A stretch of 64,000 nucleotides of DNA. It comes from Octopus bimaculoides (Eukaryota). Positions 14,138 through 27,594 of the stretch are shown here, in pieces (the stretch's first letter is position 1; each line of letters begins with the position of its first letter). The position numbers and the translations under genes were made by a program. The notes under the pieces are model-generated. The model made no database searches. It was not told the DNA's origin and saw nothing but the letters and a program-made list of their open reading frames with translations. The DNA is taken from the NCBI RefSeq assembly GCF_001194135.2, contig NC_069005.1, forward strand, positions 30,357,657-30,421,656, in the 5' to 3' direction.

Positions 14138-16322
14138 ATAAGGGCTACCCTTCAGGGTCAGTCTTTATTTCCAGCATTTTACCAAAATCCAGCAATGGGC
14201 AAGTACCAGGTTGGGTGGATTTCAGCTGTCCAACTTGCAGCAACTTAACAATGGACAAAGTCACTTTACTAAATCTTTGTTAATCCATTCTAAGAATAAT
14301 CCAAGATTTAAATGCACAGCTTGCTTATGAATTTTTAATTCATTATAAAAAAAAAATTTTTTAATTAAAAAAAGGGTGGGGGATGGCAAAATGGAAAAGT
14401 ATCTCTCTACCAGAAATGTAAGGATTGAAGTGTCGCAGGGATGACTATGGGGTTAACAAATTTAATTTACAACCACATGGTTGCAAGTTCAATCCCACTG
14501 CATGGCAGCTTGGGTGTGAGTGGCTAGAACTAAGGGTGATCTTCAGTGGATTGCTATGAAATTGTTTAGTGCTAACTTCTTGTCATATATACATAAACAT
14601 ATGATGCAATACCTATATATAACAATGCATGTAAATATAGAGACATACATGCACATGTATATACACAAACCTGTATGTATGTGGAGGATCTTTCACCAAG
14701 TTATTGACAAAGGATGTAGAGCTTGGTGAGAAAACCACAGAACAGGTTACAATTCACGACCCACTCCACTTGGGTTCCTGAAAGTAGCTGCCAAAAGAAG
14801 ACAGAGTTGTTCAATGTCAAACAGTGGGAGCACCGAATAACTGACAAGTGTTTCTTTAGCCTGCACAGTTACGGTTAAATGGCAGAGTTCAGTTGAGAAT
14901 GGTTCAATTCAGAGAAGGATAGGCAGTAGTCATGATTCTGTGATCTTTGAGACTTGTGGGAAGGAGCAATTGAGAACCTGGTCCAATGGCTTGCAAAAGG
15001 TACCCCAGGATGGGGAGAGAAACAAAAGGGAAGAAAGGTTGGATCCTCAACTGGCTGTTTTAGCAGACATTACATAGCAACTACCTACTCCGTTGGCTTC
15101 TGGTTCCACATCACCCTCTCTCCCAAAGGGTCATATGACCAACCACCAGTGCTATTTATAACACAAGGCATGCCATTTAGCAGTAAACTCTTAGTAAGAC
15201 ACTTATATAATCCAGATTTAAATCCAATTTCAAATGCATTGTTCAAACAGGGGAAAAGCAAAATGCAATGGCCTTTAGTTTTAAAAACTGAGTGGGCTTG
15301 GCGGAACCCCTTTTCAAATAGTGGTAGAAGGGTTGTGGACAGCTTTTGAGGAAAACCAAAAAGAACAAAGACTTTTTTTTCTTTTTTACTCTCCATTATT
15401 TATCATCACGTGTAGAAATTTCAGACTTGTATATTCCCAGCTGTTGCTCTCTTCAACAACAAAGCAACCCACAGTTCTCATTTAATAATTAAAAATATAN
15501 NNNNNNNNNAAAAAAAAAAAAAAAAAAAAAAAAAAAAACAAAAAAAAAAACAAACTTGTTTTCCTGTAACAGGTTGACATGATGCACAAAAGCAGAAACA
15601 ATAGTTAACTATTGTACCAAGGGCAGTGCTATATGTGATGTAGCATGATGACCGTCACTTCACCAAACCAGCCCTGCGTGAGGTGTTGCAAGGTGACCAT
15701 CACCAAACCAGCCCTGTGGCAAGTTGATTACTACTGCACCAGACTGGTGCTACATGTGATATTGCAAAGAGACCATTGTTACACTAAGCAAGTCCAAGTC
15801 CCTATGTTGTCACAAGCTGACCAGCACTTCATCAAACCAGCACTACATTATATTAGAATTATTATTATTATCATTATAGTTAGGTGGCAAACTGGCAGAA
15901 TTATTAACTTTTCTTTGTCAACTTTGCCTTTCATCTTTGGAGGGAGGGTCAATAAATAAGTACCAGTCAAGTACTGGGGTCAATAGACTTACTCCCTTAA
16001 AATTGCTGGCCTTGTGCCAAAATTTGTAATTATTATTATTATTACCATATTAGAACTATTATTATTAATGACATTGTTATATTACTGAAAGTTTGGTCTT
16101 TTGATTTATTTGTGATCTATTCTTGGCATTAAGACTTAATTCCATCTTTTAACTAATAAAAGCAAACAAAAAATGTTTTTGTTTTCTTTGTCCAACTGTG
16201 AAAAATACATTGCAAATGAAAGCTGTCAAACCGTCTCAATCGATCATTTGCCGAAGTTTAGTGAAACAGCATGAAGGATGGAATGATGGAATGAATTGAA
16301 GGAAGAAACTAAGTCCACCTAC

Positions 16323-16340
16323 CTTCCTCAGCCGGCAGTT
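16323..16340 (-). CDS. SERCA: SERCA coding exon 2, 18-nt microexon (E-LPAEE-G)
   Basis: TTTTTTTCTCTTTCCAG|AACTGCCGGCTGAGGAAG|GTAGGT. Supplies the conserved ELPAEEG, and its phases (1/1) join exon 1 to exon 3 exactly. Confidence 0.95.
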
Positions 16341-16427
16341 CTGGAAAGAGAAAAAAACAAAAAAAAACCAGTATTAGAAAACAGTTTTAATAGACAACAA
16401 AATAAGACATAAAAATCATATAGCAAA

Positions 16428-16614
16428 TCGTATTTGATGGCATAAAAAGATGCAACCCAATTTCTGCAGAGCATAGACAGGATAAAATGTCTTTTTAGTG
16501 CATTAAAGCAATGTGATATTTAAAGCAGCTTCAGATTAAGGACCCTGCATGATTTTTTTGGAGACATTCTTTTTGTTTGGAAAAGAAGTGCGTCTTATAT
16601 ACCATCAAATACAG
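16428..16614. mobile_element. Tc1/pogo-type MITE
   Basis: Left end CGTATTTGATGGCATAAAAAGATGCA versus right end (reverse complement) CTGTATTTGATGGTATATAAGACGCA. A related partial copy lies at about 21800-21985. Confidence 0.65.
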
Positions 16615-16802
16615 TGTATACATTTCTATTGTACTACTAACGTATCCATACAAAACAGATATTGCAATTAACAAAAGAGAATAAATGATGTACACTCATC
16701 CACATGCACACAGCTTACACACAGATTTTTATTATGCGTGCGTGTACGTATGTGTATAAATTCTATAAGATATACAAAAGAGAAAGTTTGGTAAGGCATA
16801 TA

Positions 16803-16950
16803 CAGTAATCCCTTGACTATCGTGAGTTTTATGTTACAACCTCACCCCTGCAATAAGTGAAAATCTGCGAAATAAAAAAAGTACTGTATATTTTTCTTTA
16901 TTATTTTCATAATTTGCATGTATATATTTTATTATAAATGCAAAACAACC
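16803..16950 (+). mobile_element. Tigger/pogo-like DNA transposon terminal fragment
   Basis: TA|CAGTAATCCCTTGACTATCGTGAG...GTGAAAATCTGCGAA resembles Tigger-type termini. The second end was not identified. Confidence 0.45.
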
Positions 16951-16976
16951 CCATGGAGGAAATGACTTAAGCTTAA

Positions 16977-17187
16977 CCCTTTCATGACCAACCCAGCTGA
17001 AACCGGCTCTCTGGCTCTGTAGTATAAATGTCATGTTTTCATAAGTTCTTCCACCAAACTTTAGTCACAATTAATGTTCCTAACACTAGCTTAATGATAG
17101 CTAAGTTATTTTTCTAAATTCTTTGTTATATTTAAAATAAATGAGAGAAAAACAGAGCATCTCAAAATAAAAACAGTAACGAAAGGT
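16977..17187. mobile_element. piggyBac-type MITE flanked by TTAA
   Basis: TTAA|CCCTTTCATGAC ... GTAACGAAAGGT|TTAA: imperfect terminal inverted repeats with TTAA on both sides. Confidence 0.7.
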
Positions 17188-18459
17188 TTAAATAATAAAC
17201 CGCAATATGGTGGGAGATTACTGTAATTGGGAATGCAACTTTGTTAGGTTTGTTTTTCCAAACATTAACAATTGTTGCTGAAATAGTTTTGTTTTTAGGA
17301 CTGGATGCTCTTCCTATTGCCAACCTTCACCTGCATGTAAGGTAATATTTCCCTTTGTCCTTCAGTGAACAGCTAAATAGTTGGACATGCTTTTGTGGAT
17401 GGATTATAAAATAAATGACACTTGTTTACAATTAGCATGTAAATGCCAAGGCAGATGAAGAGAGACATACACAAACAGAGACACACACACACGACGGGCT
17501 TCTTCCAGTAACCATCTACCAAATTTTATTCACAAGACACTGGCAACCTGTGGCCTGCATTGGAAGGCACTGGCCAACAGTATCCATGCAGTTAAAAAGA
17601 ACTCCACACACACAAGCTTCTTTAAGTTTTCATCTACCAAATACTGACCTCAAAACTACATAATTGAGAAATGAACTTGACCAAACAATCATGCCTGCGT
17701 CCCGTCCCCCCCCACACATTACTGCAAATATTCAATGTCAGTTTCATTCATTTAAGTTCTGAGTATGAATTAGCAATGAAAAACAAATTAAAGATAAGAC
17801 CAATTATCAGATTAAAAGTGGTTACAAAAATATATCACCACCATTGTATTAGCAGTAAAAATGGCAATGAAAGTGGCACTTGACCTATGACACCATCATT
17901 GTCAGAAATTGAAACCCATGTGCTTAAACAGAAGTGTGCAAAAAAAAAAAAAAAAATCATTTGATGGGCTCAAAAGTAGAGATGTGATGTAGTAACACAT
18001 CTACAATTACATCTTTGATGGACCATGACAAGATACAAACTAACCAATTCCAATAGCCAATCTAAGTATTATACCTAATGCATACACAATGTTGATGGGC
18101 CTGTTACTGAGGTATTTGTTTTGAGATAACATCTGTTACAAATGAATATCAGAAGGGAATGAAAATTCATCCCAGCAGTGATTAGTGGAAGCATCAGTTA
18201 CTCGTCTTTTGGTGCCTTTTCAATGGTGTACACTTGGCGTGAGTCTGAGACAAATTCTTGTCTCCCTCTAATATTGTTTTAAATGCATGATTTCCATAAC
18301 AGGGGTTATCCCAGAACAAATGCTGTAATAACTGATGTGTATACAGTGTTTATACATTGAGTATGATACATAGATGGCTACTTTAAATTTCATACTGGCT
18401 CAATTGTGTATACCAACTCCAGATAGGTGTGAGGTTTTTACAGCAGCCACTTTGACGAA

Positions 18460-19140
18460 CTGTCTGTAGGTAATGGTAGCCCAGAGATTGTGGACTTCAG
18501 TGCTTACCTCAAAAGACTAGAGAGACTCTTGGCAGAAAAGGTGGAATGTTGTGAAAAGCCAATAACAGCTGCTGAAGAATTGTCAGCAGTGAGCAAGTGG
18601 TTATGCAAGGGATAAATTGCCTGGTTGGGATGTTCTACTCCATGAGATTTACAGACACATTCCAAACTTGTTTGCTCCTCTCTTGGCAGATATCTATTGC
18701 AACTGGCAACAGACTACGGTGGTCAGCCTCACCCAGAGACAGGCTGAGAGGAAGCTAACCCTAAATGGCCAGCTGAGGTGGCAAGCGCAAACATTGCAGT
18801 CATTATTGCTACCCGACGTTGCTCCGGTTTTCTGATAATTAAGCTGAAGCATCAGTTCTTTGGCTTCTTGTAGAAGGTTCACATTCAACTAACCAGAAGA
18901 TGTCTCTGCTGGTGACACTCTGCACAGCGGGTGTTGGTATGTTGCAGCTGATAGTGTGCAGGCATGAACCGAGTCTGCAAAGATTGATGGACAGTGAGAA
19001 AATGTTGCTATTCGTCAGGTGCAGTTACCCCACAACTCATCTCTTTGACAAGGCTACAGACTAGGGTGAGATGAAAACCAATGTTGGGCATCTGGCACCA
19101 GGAATGTTGTGAGATGCTTGCAATTCTCTAGCTTCATCCC
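18460..19140 (+). mobile_element. Degraded Tx1/L1-like LINE ORF2 fragment
   Basis: Frameshifted remnants CCEKPITAAEELSAVSK and PGWDVLLHEIYRHIPNLFAPLLADIYCNWQQ resemble the pre-RT segment (PIT..EV..A.....GKSPG.DGLPYE.Y). The extension beyond about 18720 is less certain. Confidence 0.6.
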
Positions 19141-20411
19141 TGTCAACTTCGTCAATATAAGTACCGGTCATATGTTTTGGTCTACTCATATCGACCATCT
19201 TTGCATGACAAACATCAGTCATAAGACATTTCATTTTCATAGAACTGACAGATCAAATCCTGGTTCATTTATAACACACCTTCTGTATATATGGTCCCTA
19301 GACTTGCTCAAAACAGCCAGTCAAATCCAACCATAAACATTACAAGATGGTCACAGGGGGTTTGTTTCATTAGGATAAGGTTTACCTATGGCTCAACAAT
19401 GAGCTTACAAGGTACAGTGTAAGTAATAGAAAAACAAATAAATGGGGTCTCAACAGGTGACATACATACAATGAAGAAACCATTCAGTTCAATAATAGGG
19501 TGCTCAGTGTTGATGGAAATTTATATCACCAATTTCTTGGTTGCCTGTTATTTTTCTCAAGAAGGGGGCGTGCTGTGATATTAGGGGGTTCATTCAACAC
19601 ACTGTAACCCTACCCTTTATATAAATGGAATATGTGATAATGAGTTCATTTAATTAGCTATACACCCCAACGAGGACAAATGGACCATATGACATTTGCA
19701 GTAATGCTAGGCCATTGGTGAATAGAAATTCTAGGTCCAATTTTCTGGGGATGAACAATTCAAAATGATTACCTCCCTAATTGCCCTTGACAAAAGCATA
19801 ACTGCCATTTATTCACTCGTTCTTTACATACCCATGTCCCAGCATGGCCACAGTCCAAGGGCTGAAATGGGATACATCTTCAATGACAACTATAGGACTG
19901 CATACATTATACAGCATTCACATTGATCCCTAGTTTCAATTGAAATCCTTCAAGATTAATGTTGCCCTTCCCAAGGTTCAAAGATCCCAATTTGACTACA
20001 ACTCTCCCCTTACAAAAAAACCCCAAAAAACCCCTAATTTAACAAATATTTTTTCTGCTATGGTGTAACAACAGCAACTATTGCCAAGATAAAATGGCCT
20101 CTTTGTGATCACTCAACCTGCAACAAATAGCAGCCAAATTGCCCTCAAATCACACCCTACCATTTTATACATTGAACAATATACGATGTAGTAAGTCTCT
20201 TCGGTTTAAAAACAAGAAATAGGATGGTCATGGCTTGAATGCATTTGAGAATCAATCTACTTGATCAGAACTGCTGACTGGGGGATCTCTGCAGGACAGG
20301 AAATAAACCTAATAAGCTGAATAATGTAATTTAGTTTCAAATCCTAAACAAAAGAAAAAAATTATGACATTACAATCTTATTTCCCATAAAACCAGAAGT
20401 GTGTGTATGTG

Positions 20412-20442
<31 letters not shown>

Positions 20443-20814
20443 GCGTGTGGCCTTGAGCCAAAGTTAAAACATTATCAAGTATCATCCAGGGGAAAGGTAT
20501 GACTGTTGTAGGATCTCATACTACCTCTCCCATGCTAAATATGTGCTGCCATTCATTAGGAGCGAGAGAATTGAAGTCAAAACATCATTACTACGATAAT
20601 GAATGGCACTAGATTGCCATGGCAATATAGTACATACACACTGCTCTAATTAGGACAAAAACCCAGCAGATTATGTCTAATTACTGTTTATTAGTTAAAA
20701 ATAAAATCATTAGTCATTCATTTTATATATATGTATATATATCTATATCTATATCTATATATATAAGAGAAAGAGAGAGCTAACATCAATTTTCAGGTTA
20801 TTACCTTGGTTGCT

Positions 20815-20857
<43 letters not shown>

Positions 20858-23494
20858 GTAGGTGTGTACATTTATGTTATTAGTACTATTAATTTAGTTC
20901 AAACTAAATTACTACCACATTGGTAAGTAAAGTTGCAAACTCACAGATTGTAATTGTTATGGCTTTCTTTGGTAGAATTACTAGAGTGCCGGACAAAATG
21001 CCTTGCAGTATTTGCTCCACTTCCTTACATTCTGAGTTCAAATCCTACAGGGATCAAACTTTACCTTTCCTCCCTCTTAGGCTGATAAAAGAGTACCAGT
21101 CAAATATCGGGGGCCAAATAATTGATCTTGGTCATGTGTTTAAATTTGAAACTATTATATTTTCATCCTTTTGGAGGGGGTCAATAAAATAAGGCACCAG
21201 TCAAATACTGGTGTTAATGGCACTGACTGAGTCACTTCTCAAAATTGCTGGCCTTGAGCCCAAATTGGAAACTACTTTTATTGGAACTTCCCTTTGAAGA
21301 GACAAAACGTGTGATATGTGCACGAATGAATATAAAGTGTAAGGGGAGGTGTGTGTACATTCTATGAAAGTGATTGTTTTAACCCTAGTCAATCAATCCA
21401 ACAGACCTGTGATGAAAGGTGTTTTAGTTCAGTTACTCCATGATCAGCCAGTCCATTTTTTTTTTGTCTTGTACATCAAGGATTTCATTATCTAATGTTT
21501 TTCCTCATTTAGACTAACTTTTCCTTTTTTTCTTTTGTCTTGCTGCGTACATATTGTTGGGGNNNNNNNNNNNNNNNNNNNNNNNNNNNNNNNNNNNNNN
21601 NNNNNNNNNNNNNNNNNNNNNNNNNNNNNNNNNNNNNNNNNNNNNNNNNNNNNNNNNNNNNNNNNNNNNNNNNNNNNNNNNNNNNNNAAATGTAGCTGAT
21701 CTTTCTGCTGGACATGCAGAGGTAGAAAGAATTTCAGCTTTGCAGAAGAAGAATGGCTGGACACAATGTTTTAACGTCGGGTGTGGAGCTTAAGGAAATA
21801 ACAAATGCACCCCAATTTCCGCAGCACATATTCGGGAAAAGATTTTGATGCATTAAAGCTTATTGGAGTGGGGGTGGGATCTAACTTTACATGTAAGATC
21901 CAGGATGGGTTTTTTTTTTTTTTCTTTTTGAGACTGTGCATTGGAAAATAAAAGTGCATTTTTTAATATGCCATCAAATACAGTATAAGAAAAGGGTTAG
22001 GTGAAATGGGAAGAGTTGGTGAATAGATAAGTTCACTCTCACAAGTGAAAGTCATTGTAGTAGTAGTACAAGACGCAGAGAGAATTCGAGAAGACTTCTC
22101 AAAGAAACAGTTAATCTGTGACTAAGCATATTAGTAAAAGTCTTTGTCATCAATCAAATGACCTTTTTGTTTATGTACGAGTATAGCAACTGTTCCATAT
22201 ATGTAAAAAAAAAAGGGGGGGGGTCTTCCTGGCACAAGAAAGTGAATATTTTATTCACTGGCATTTATTTTCCCATGCCTGAGTCCATTTAGCTGTCAGT
22301 TGGTCCAACAGGATAGGGTATAAATTCACAATTAGGAGCAATGCAAACTGTAAAACTGTTTAAGCAATTGTTAGCTTGCAGGACTTGAGTTAAATACACA
22401 CGGGAGAAGTTACCTGGGTGGTGTTAACCAAGGGTAGATTTGTCTGGGTCATTTCCCACTTTGAAAAGTAGATAGAATCTTTGGCCAAAATGTTTGGTGG
22501 TTTGTGGATTTAATTTGATAACAGGAATAGTTATTCTGACAAGAGAAACTAACAACATTGCCCAACTTTCTATACAAGCAATCACAGATGTGGACACACA
22601 CACAAAACAGTCTTCCAGTTCCTGTCTATCAAATCCACTCACAAGGCTTTAGTTGGCCTGGGGGCTTATAGTAAAAGACACCTGCCCAAGGTGACATGCA
22701 GTGACTCTGAACCTGAAATCACATAGGGAACCATGCTTGATCTCTACCTTCCAGGTACTTATTTTATTAACCTCAGAAGGTTGCAAGGTAAAGTTAGACA
22801 GAGCAGGATTTAAACTCAAAATGCAAGAAGATGTAACCCATAACAATGAGGTATTCAGTGATGCTCTACTAATTCTCTGTAATCTAGAGTGGAAGACTTA
22901 ATCTGTCATCCATTAAAATCATCATGTTCTCTCAGTGAGCTTTTGCACCGTTGACTCAATGAAATCAAAGCATTCAGGTCAGCTCCTTGGACTGAGGATA
23001 ATCTTTTCCCTCTTGCTAACCCTTCAAGGCCAGTAAATAATCAAGAATACTGCACTTTTCTGCTAAGAGCTTTAAAAAAAAAAGAAAAGAAAAACAGCCA
23101 GCCAACACAGATGGCGATCCTTTGTTGAGATATTTATATTGAAAACCACTCACTATGCTTCAGTTTTGAAAATTAGTTTATTTCTTTTTAAAAAACTCAT
23201 TGTTTAGAAACAAATTAACATTGGAATTTTAATGAACAGTTTTAATTCAGGTCATTTTTAAAGGGAAATTAGAATCATAGAATTAAGAGCAGTCTCAACA
23301 GACTGGTGTCAAAAGGTGTGTATGTATGTATGTAAGTGTATATATATCATCATCATCGTTTAACGTCCGCTTTCCATGCTAGCATGGGTTGGATGATTTG
23401 ACTGAGGACTGGTGAACCAGATGGCTACACCAGGCTCCAATCTGATTGGGCAGGGTTTCTACAGCAGGATGCCTTTCCTAACGCCAACATATGT

Positions 23495-23538
<44 letters not shown>

Positions 23539-24619
23539 ATATATTAAACTGATAAAGCTCAAAAACACAGAAATGTGCATCTCGCCTTCTCTTCACCACT
23601 GCAGGATGATATTCACCTGCTATTGAACATTTGTGCTTTTAAGCAAAGTCAGTCCATAAAAGGAACATGGCTTATGAATTCACCTCAAGAAGCAATGGAA
23701 ACTGTAAAATAAGTTTAAGCGATTGTTAGTTTGCAGGGCTTGAGTTAAGGTGTTTGGCTCAGTCGTAAGGTCATGGGTTCAATTCTTGGTGACATGTGTC
23801 CTTGAGCAAGACACTTTATTTCGCATTGCTGCAGTCCACTCAATTGGCAAAAATGAGTTGTACCTCTAACTCAAAGGGGTCAGCCTTGTCACATTGTGTC
23901 ATACTGAATCTCCCTGAGAACTACATTAGTGGTACATGTTTCTGTGGAGTACTCAGCCACTTGCAGGTCAATTTCCCAAGCAGGCTGTTCCATTGATTGG
24001 ATCAGTTGATCTGGATGGAACACTTATGATAACCAATGGAAAGCCAGACCAAGTCCATAAAAGATTATCTCTGGACAAATACTGCAGTCAATTTGCCTTT
24101 CTCGGGTATATTTGCATTAAGTTTGATACACAGATAGCTACTTTAAACTAATACCTGCTTCTGTTGCACATAACCCGGAGCAGGGAGGGGTTACATGTAT
24201 ATACACACATTTGAATAGTTAAATGGAATGAGTAACCCTCTCCTCACTTCAGTCCTGAAGACTTACATTGTTTAGCAAAACAAAAAAAGACAAAAACCAA
24301 ATAAAGAATGAAAAGTTTGTACAAGGGCAAGGGGGACTGTTACACTGCTGTTCCAACCAGATATTAAAACTAGGTCAATACCCTACCTTCAAATAGACAA
24401 CTGACAACCATGTCTTATATAGCACTTGTTATACAACTCAACCACATAATGGGGGTGGGGGAATGGTGGCAGTTTCAGAGAGAGGGGGGGAGGTGATGGC
24501 TGACTCTTATCTTCTTTCCTTCTGTTCAGGTTGTAATTGTTGAAGAGCCTGACTAGGGTGGCAGAGGCGAGACAGAGTAATAGCCCTGATATGTAACAAT
24601 TAGTAGGCACCAATTTAGA

Positions 24620-24866
24620 CAAGGGATTCTGAACCATTTTTTTGCCTATGGATTTCTGCGATGTCTATTTTATGCTACTGGACTTTCCATAACCATTCCA
24701 TGTTTAAAAATCCCTGTTATACTTTTATAATTGAATATCATTAGGAACTGTATTTAAAAAAATTAAAATATTTCATGTACTGTAGAACCAATTTATTGCA
24801 TGTGATTTTTAACAAAATTTTACATGGACCCCCAAGGGCCACATGGATTCTGACTGAGAACCACTC
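24620..24866. mobile_element. hAT (Charlie-like) MITE, diverged
   Basis: Ends resemble CAGTGGTTCTCAA and TTGAGAACCACTG. A related, better preserved left part starts at about 47985 and runs into a gap. Confidence 0.5.
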
Positions 24867-26350
24867 AATTCTTGCTGATGTGTTTGTTTGTTTTTTTTTT
24901 TTAACTCTTGTTGCCAAATCTCTGTATTACAAATAGCAATTTCAACCCAGCCCCTTCAAGAAACTTCACCTAAAGGAAACAAAGAAAAAAAATTACTTCA
25001 AGGTACTGCCTCTAAGAGACGTTGGAGGGATGGGAATACTAAGCCTTCTGCTAGTATATCTATTTTGTCGATCTCAAAGATGAACAGCAAAGTCGATCTT
25101 CATCTTCGGAACGCATTACGTAAAAGCAAAGTAAATAAAGCAAAACTTTTCGCCTGGCACGCTGCCAAAGATTCTGCGATTGAGTTTTACTGATAAATAA
25201 TCGGAATTTCAAAATAATTTCAAACATGTACCCAAACTCGCAAGGTTAAAAAGATTTTCGAGNNNNNNNNNNNNNNNNNNNNNNNNNNNNNNNNNNNNNN
25301 NNNNNNNNNNNNNNNNNNNNNNNNNNNNNNNNNNNNNNNNNNNNNNNNNNNNNNNNNNNNNNNNNNNNNNNNTTTATTGACCGTAGAATGGACGACAGGG
25401 TCTTTCAGCTTTCCAGGGTTGACAAAATAGAGTACTGATTCTAAAAAGGCAATGCTGGTCCACAGCAAGATTCCATAAAATCGAGTCTGTTAAACAACGT
25501 AAATACCGCCACATCACTCTTTTAATAATCGATTTTTAACAATATAAGCACAAGGCCTCGAATATTGGCGAAGGAATAAATCAAATAAAATCATTTACAG
25601 TATTTAGCCGATATTTTATCGACCTTTGTGACGTTTGAACTCATAACTTAAAGCATTTTAGTCCAATGCTCTGCGTACGCCTCTGCTACAGCAATCAAAG
25701 AGGAACGACTTTATTTTATAACATTCTTCCCTTTTAAAATGTTTTCCTAAATTTAGAGACTGTAAGGGCGGTGTGGAGGGTTGAATGAATAACGATTGAA
25801 CTGTCGCAGTTTAAAAGACGTGAACAGGCCACGACCAAAAGGATGTAACTGAATGCTATATCTTATTACCAATTCAATGGAAAGTAGGTGTTTAAAAATA
25901 TCGAGATTGATTACTGATAAGGTTGTTATTACGTAAGCGAACTTTAGGTGTGGTATTTTTTTTTTTTCTTCAAGGAGTGTTACACAGTTCCTGTTGTACC
26001 CACGTTAACCTCAGTGACAGAAGTTCAAAGGAATTTCAACCGTGAAAACGTCGTCAAAACGACTGACTACAATTGTTCTATGACGACTTTCCATTCTACT
26101 TCCGCGCTGTAGTGCGTGATTTGAGGGAGATTTGGGTACTATTTCTAGCTGGTCGCGCGTCTGCCACACGCCATCGCGGCGGAGATAGTACTGTAAACAA
26201 ACGAATAGGAAAGTCAAGTGTCACACGCTAGTAGTATTAATAAGGCATGTGTTTTATCTAGGGCAGTGGCTCTCGAAACCACATTTTCATTTCTAAGTCA
26301 TATGATTCACAACAGCATTCTAAAATATAATCGGTTTGATGGAACCCTAC

Positions 26351-26381
<31 letters not shown>

Positions 26382-27542
26382 CATGACGTGTGTGTGTGTT
26401 GGTAATCTTCAAATTACTTGTGCCTTCGGACAATTTCCGTTTTTACCCAAGTGTTCTTCCTACACGTGGCAGCAGTATAGCCGTTAAATTAAAATTATTT
26501 TTTTCAAATGAAGAAACCCGAACACAACTGACATCACAATATTTAGATTCTAATCACGTTTAGCCCCAGGACAGCTCTGACCCAACTGAACCACGATCAA
26601 AGACAATCCAACCGTGATCGTAGACTATAATTAAGACTACGTTATCCAATGTATTACATATATTTTTTTTAAATGAGAATGAATAAGATTTGTTATACGT
26701 GGGCTAGGGATAATACCTTAATCGCATATCTATATCCCTCCAAGCGAAAGGGTTCGAGAATTAGAAGAATTACCTACGTTAATAAATAGTTCGATAATCA
26801 CGGCTACTATAGCCTATCATCACTATCCTCATAGCCATTACATCTCTACATATATCGCCCTGGTAGACGGAGTGGCGATGAATTATCATCTCCTTTCGAA
26901 GAAGACAAATCTAAGTAGCGATGTTTGTTTATGAAGCAGTCGAGATATCGTGGAATGTACGGACGGAGTAGACAGGAGTAGACAGATAGAGAGAAAGAGG
27001 TTAGTGGCTACATGGTGATAGATAGTGAAGTCTCCATTGAATGCACTCGAAATAGGTCACACTTTAGAGACCAAAAATTAATACAGCTTAACGTAGATTC
27101 GGAGGTGTGGCATAATCCCTTTTGCCTTTGTATTGTACATATAACGAGTTAGCAGAGGGGATTTTTTTATAAGGTTTCTTCTCGACTTTAGTAAAGGCAG
27201 CTAAACCTTCAAATTACACCCTTGAACAATGGTAGTTCTGAGATATAAAGCTGAAATATAAAGCTGGGGCTGAACAATGATGTGGTAAGAATCTATAAAA
27301 CCAGACATGCATGTTAATGTATGAATTTAGCTGTAAGCTCTTATGAGACGATCAGAGTCTGGTTTACAATCACATGTTCGATAACCGATCGAGGATGTTA
27401 TCGATTGCAAGAGAAAAAAGTGTAAATGAAATTACACCAGCTGATTTACCCTTTACAAAGTACTTAAAAAAAACAAACAAACAATGATACATTAAGGGAT
27501 TACATGAAATGCTTATATACACAATTACACACACACACACAC

Positions 27543-27594
<52 letters not shown>

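Noticed and set aside
14954-15396. Overlapping 131-aa and 103-aa ORFs in intron 2
   Set aside because: No recognisable domain or splice context; consistent with chance ORFs.
26011-26217. 68-aa minus-strand ORF with an acceptor-like start
   Set aside because: It overlaps repeat family E sequence and has no recognisable protein similarity.
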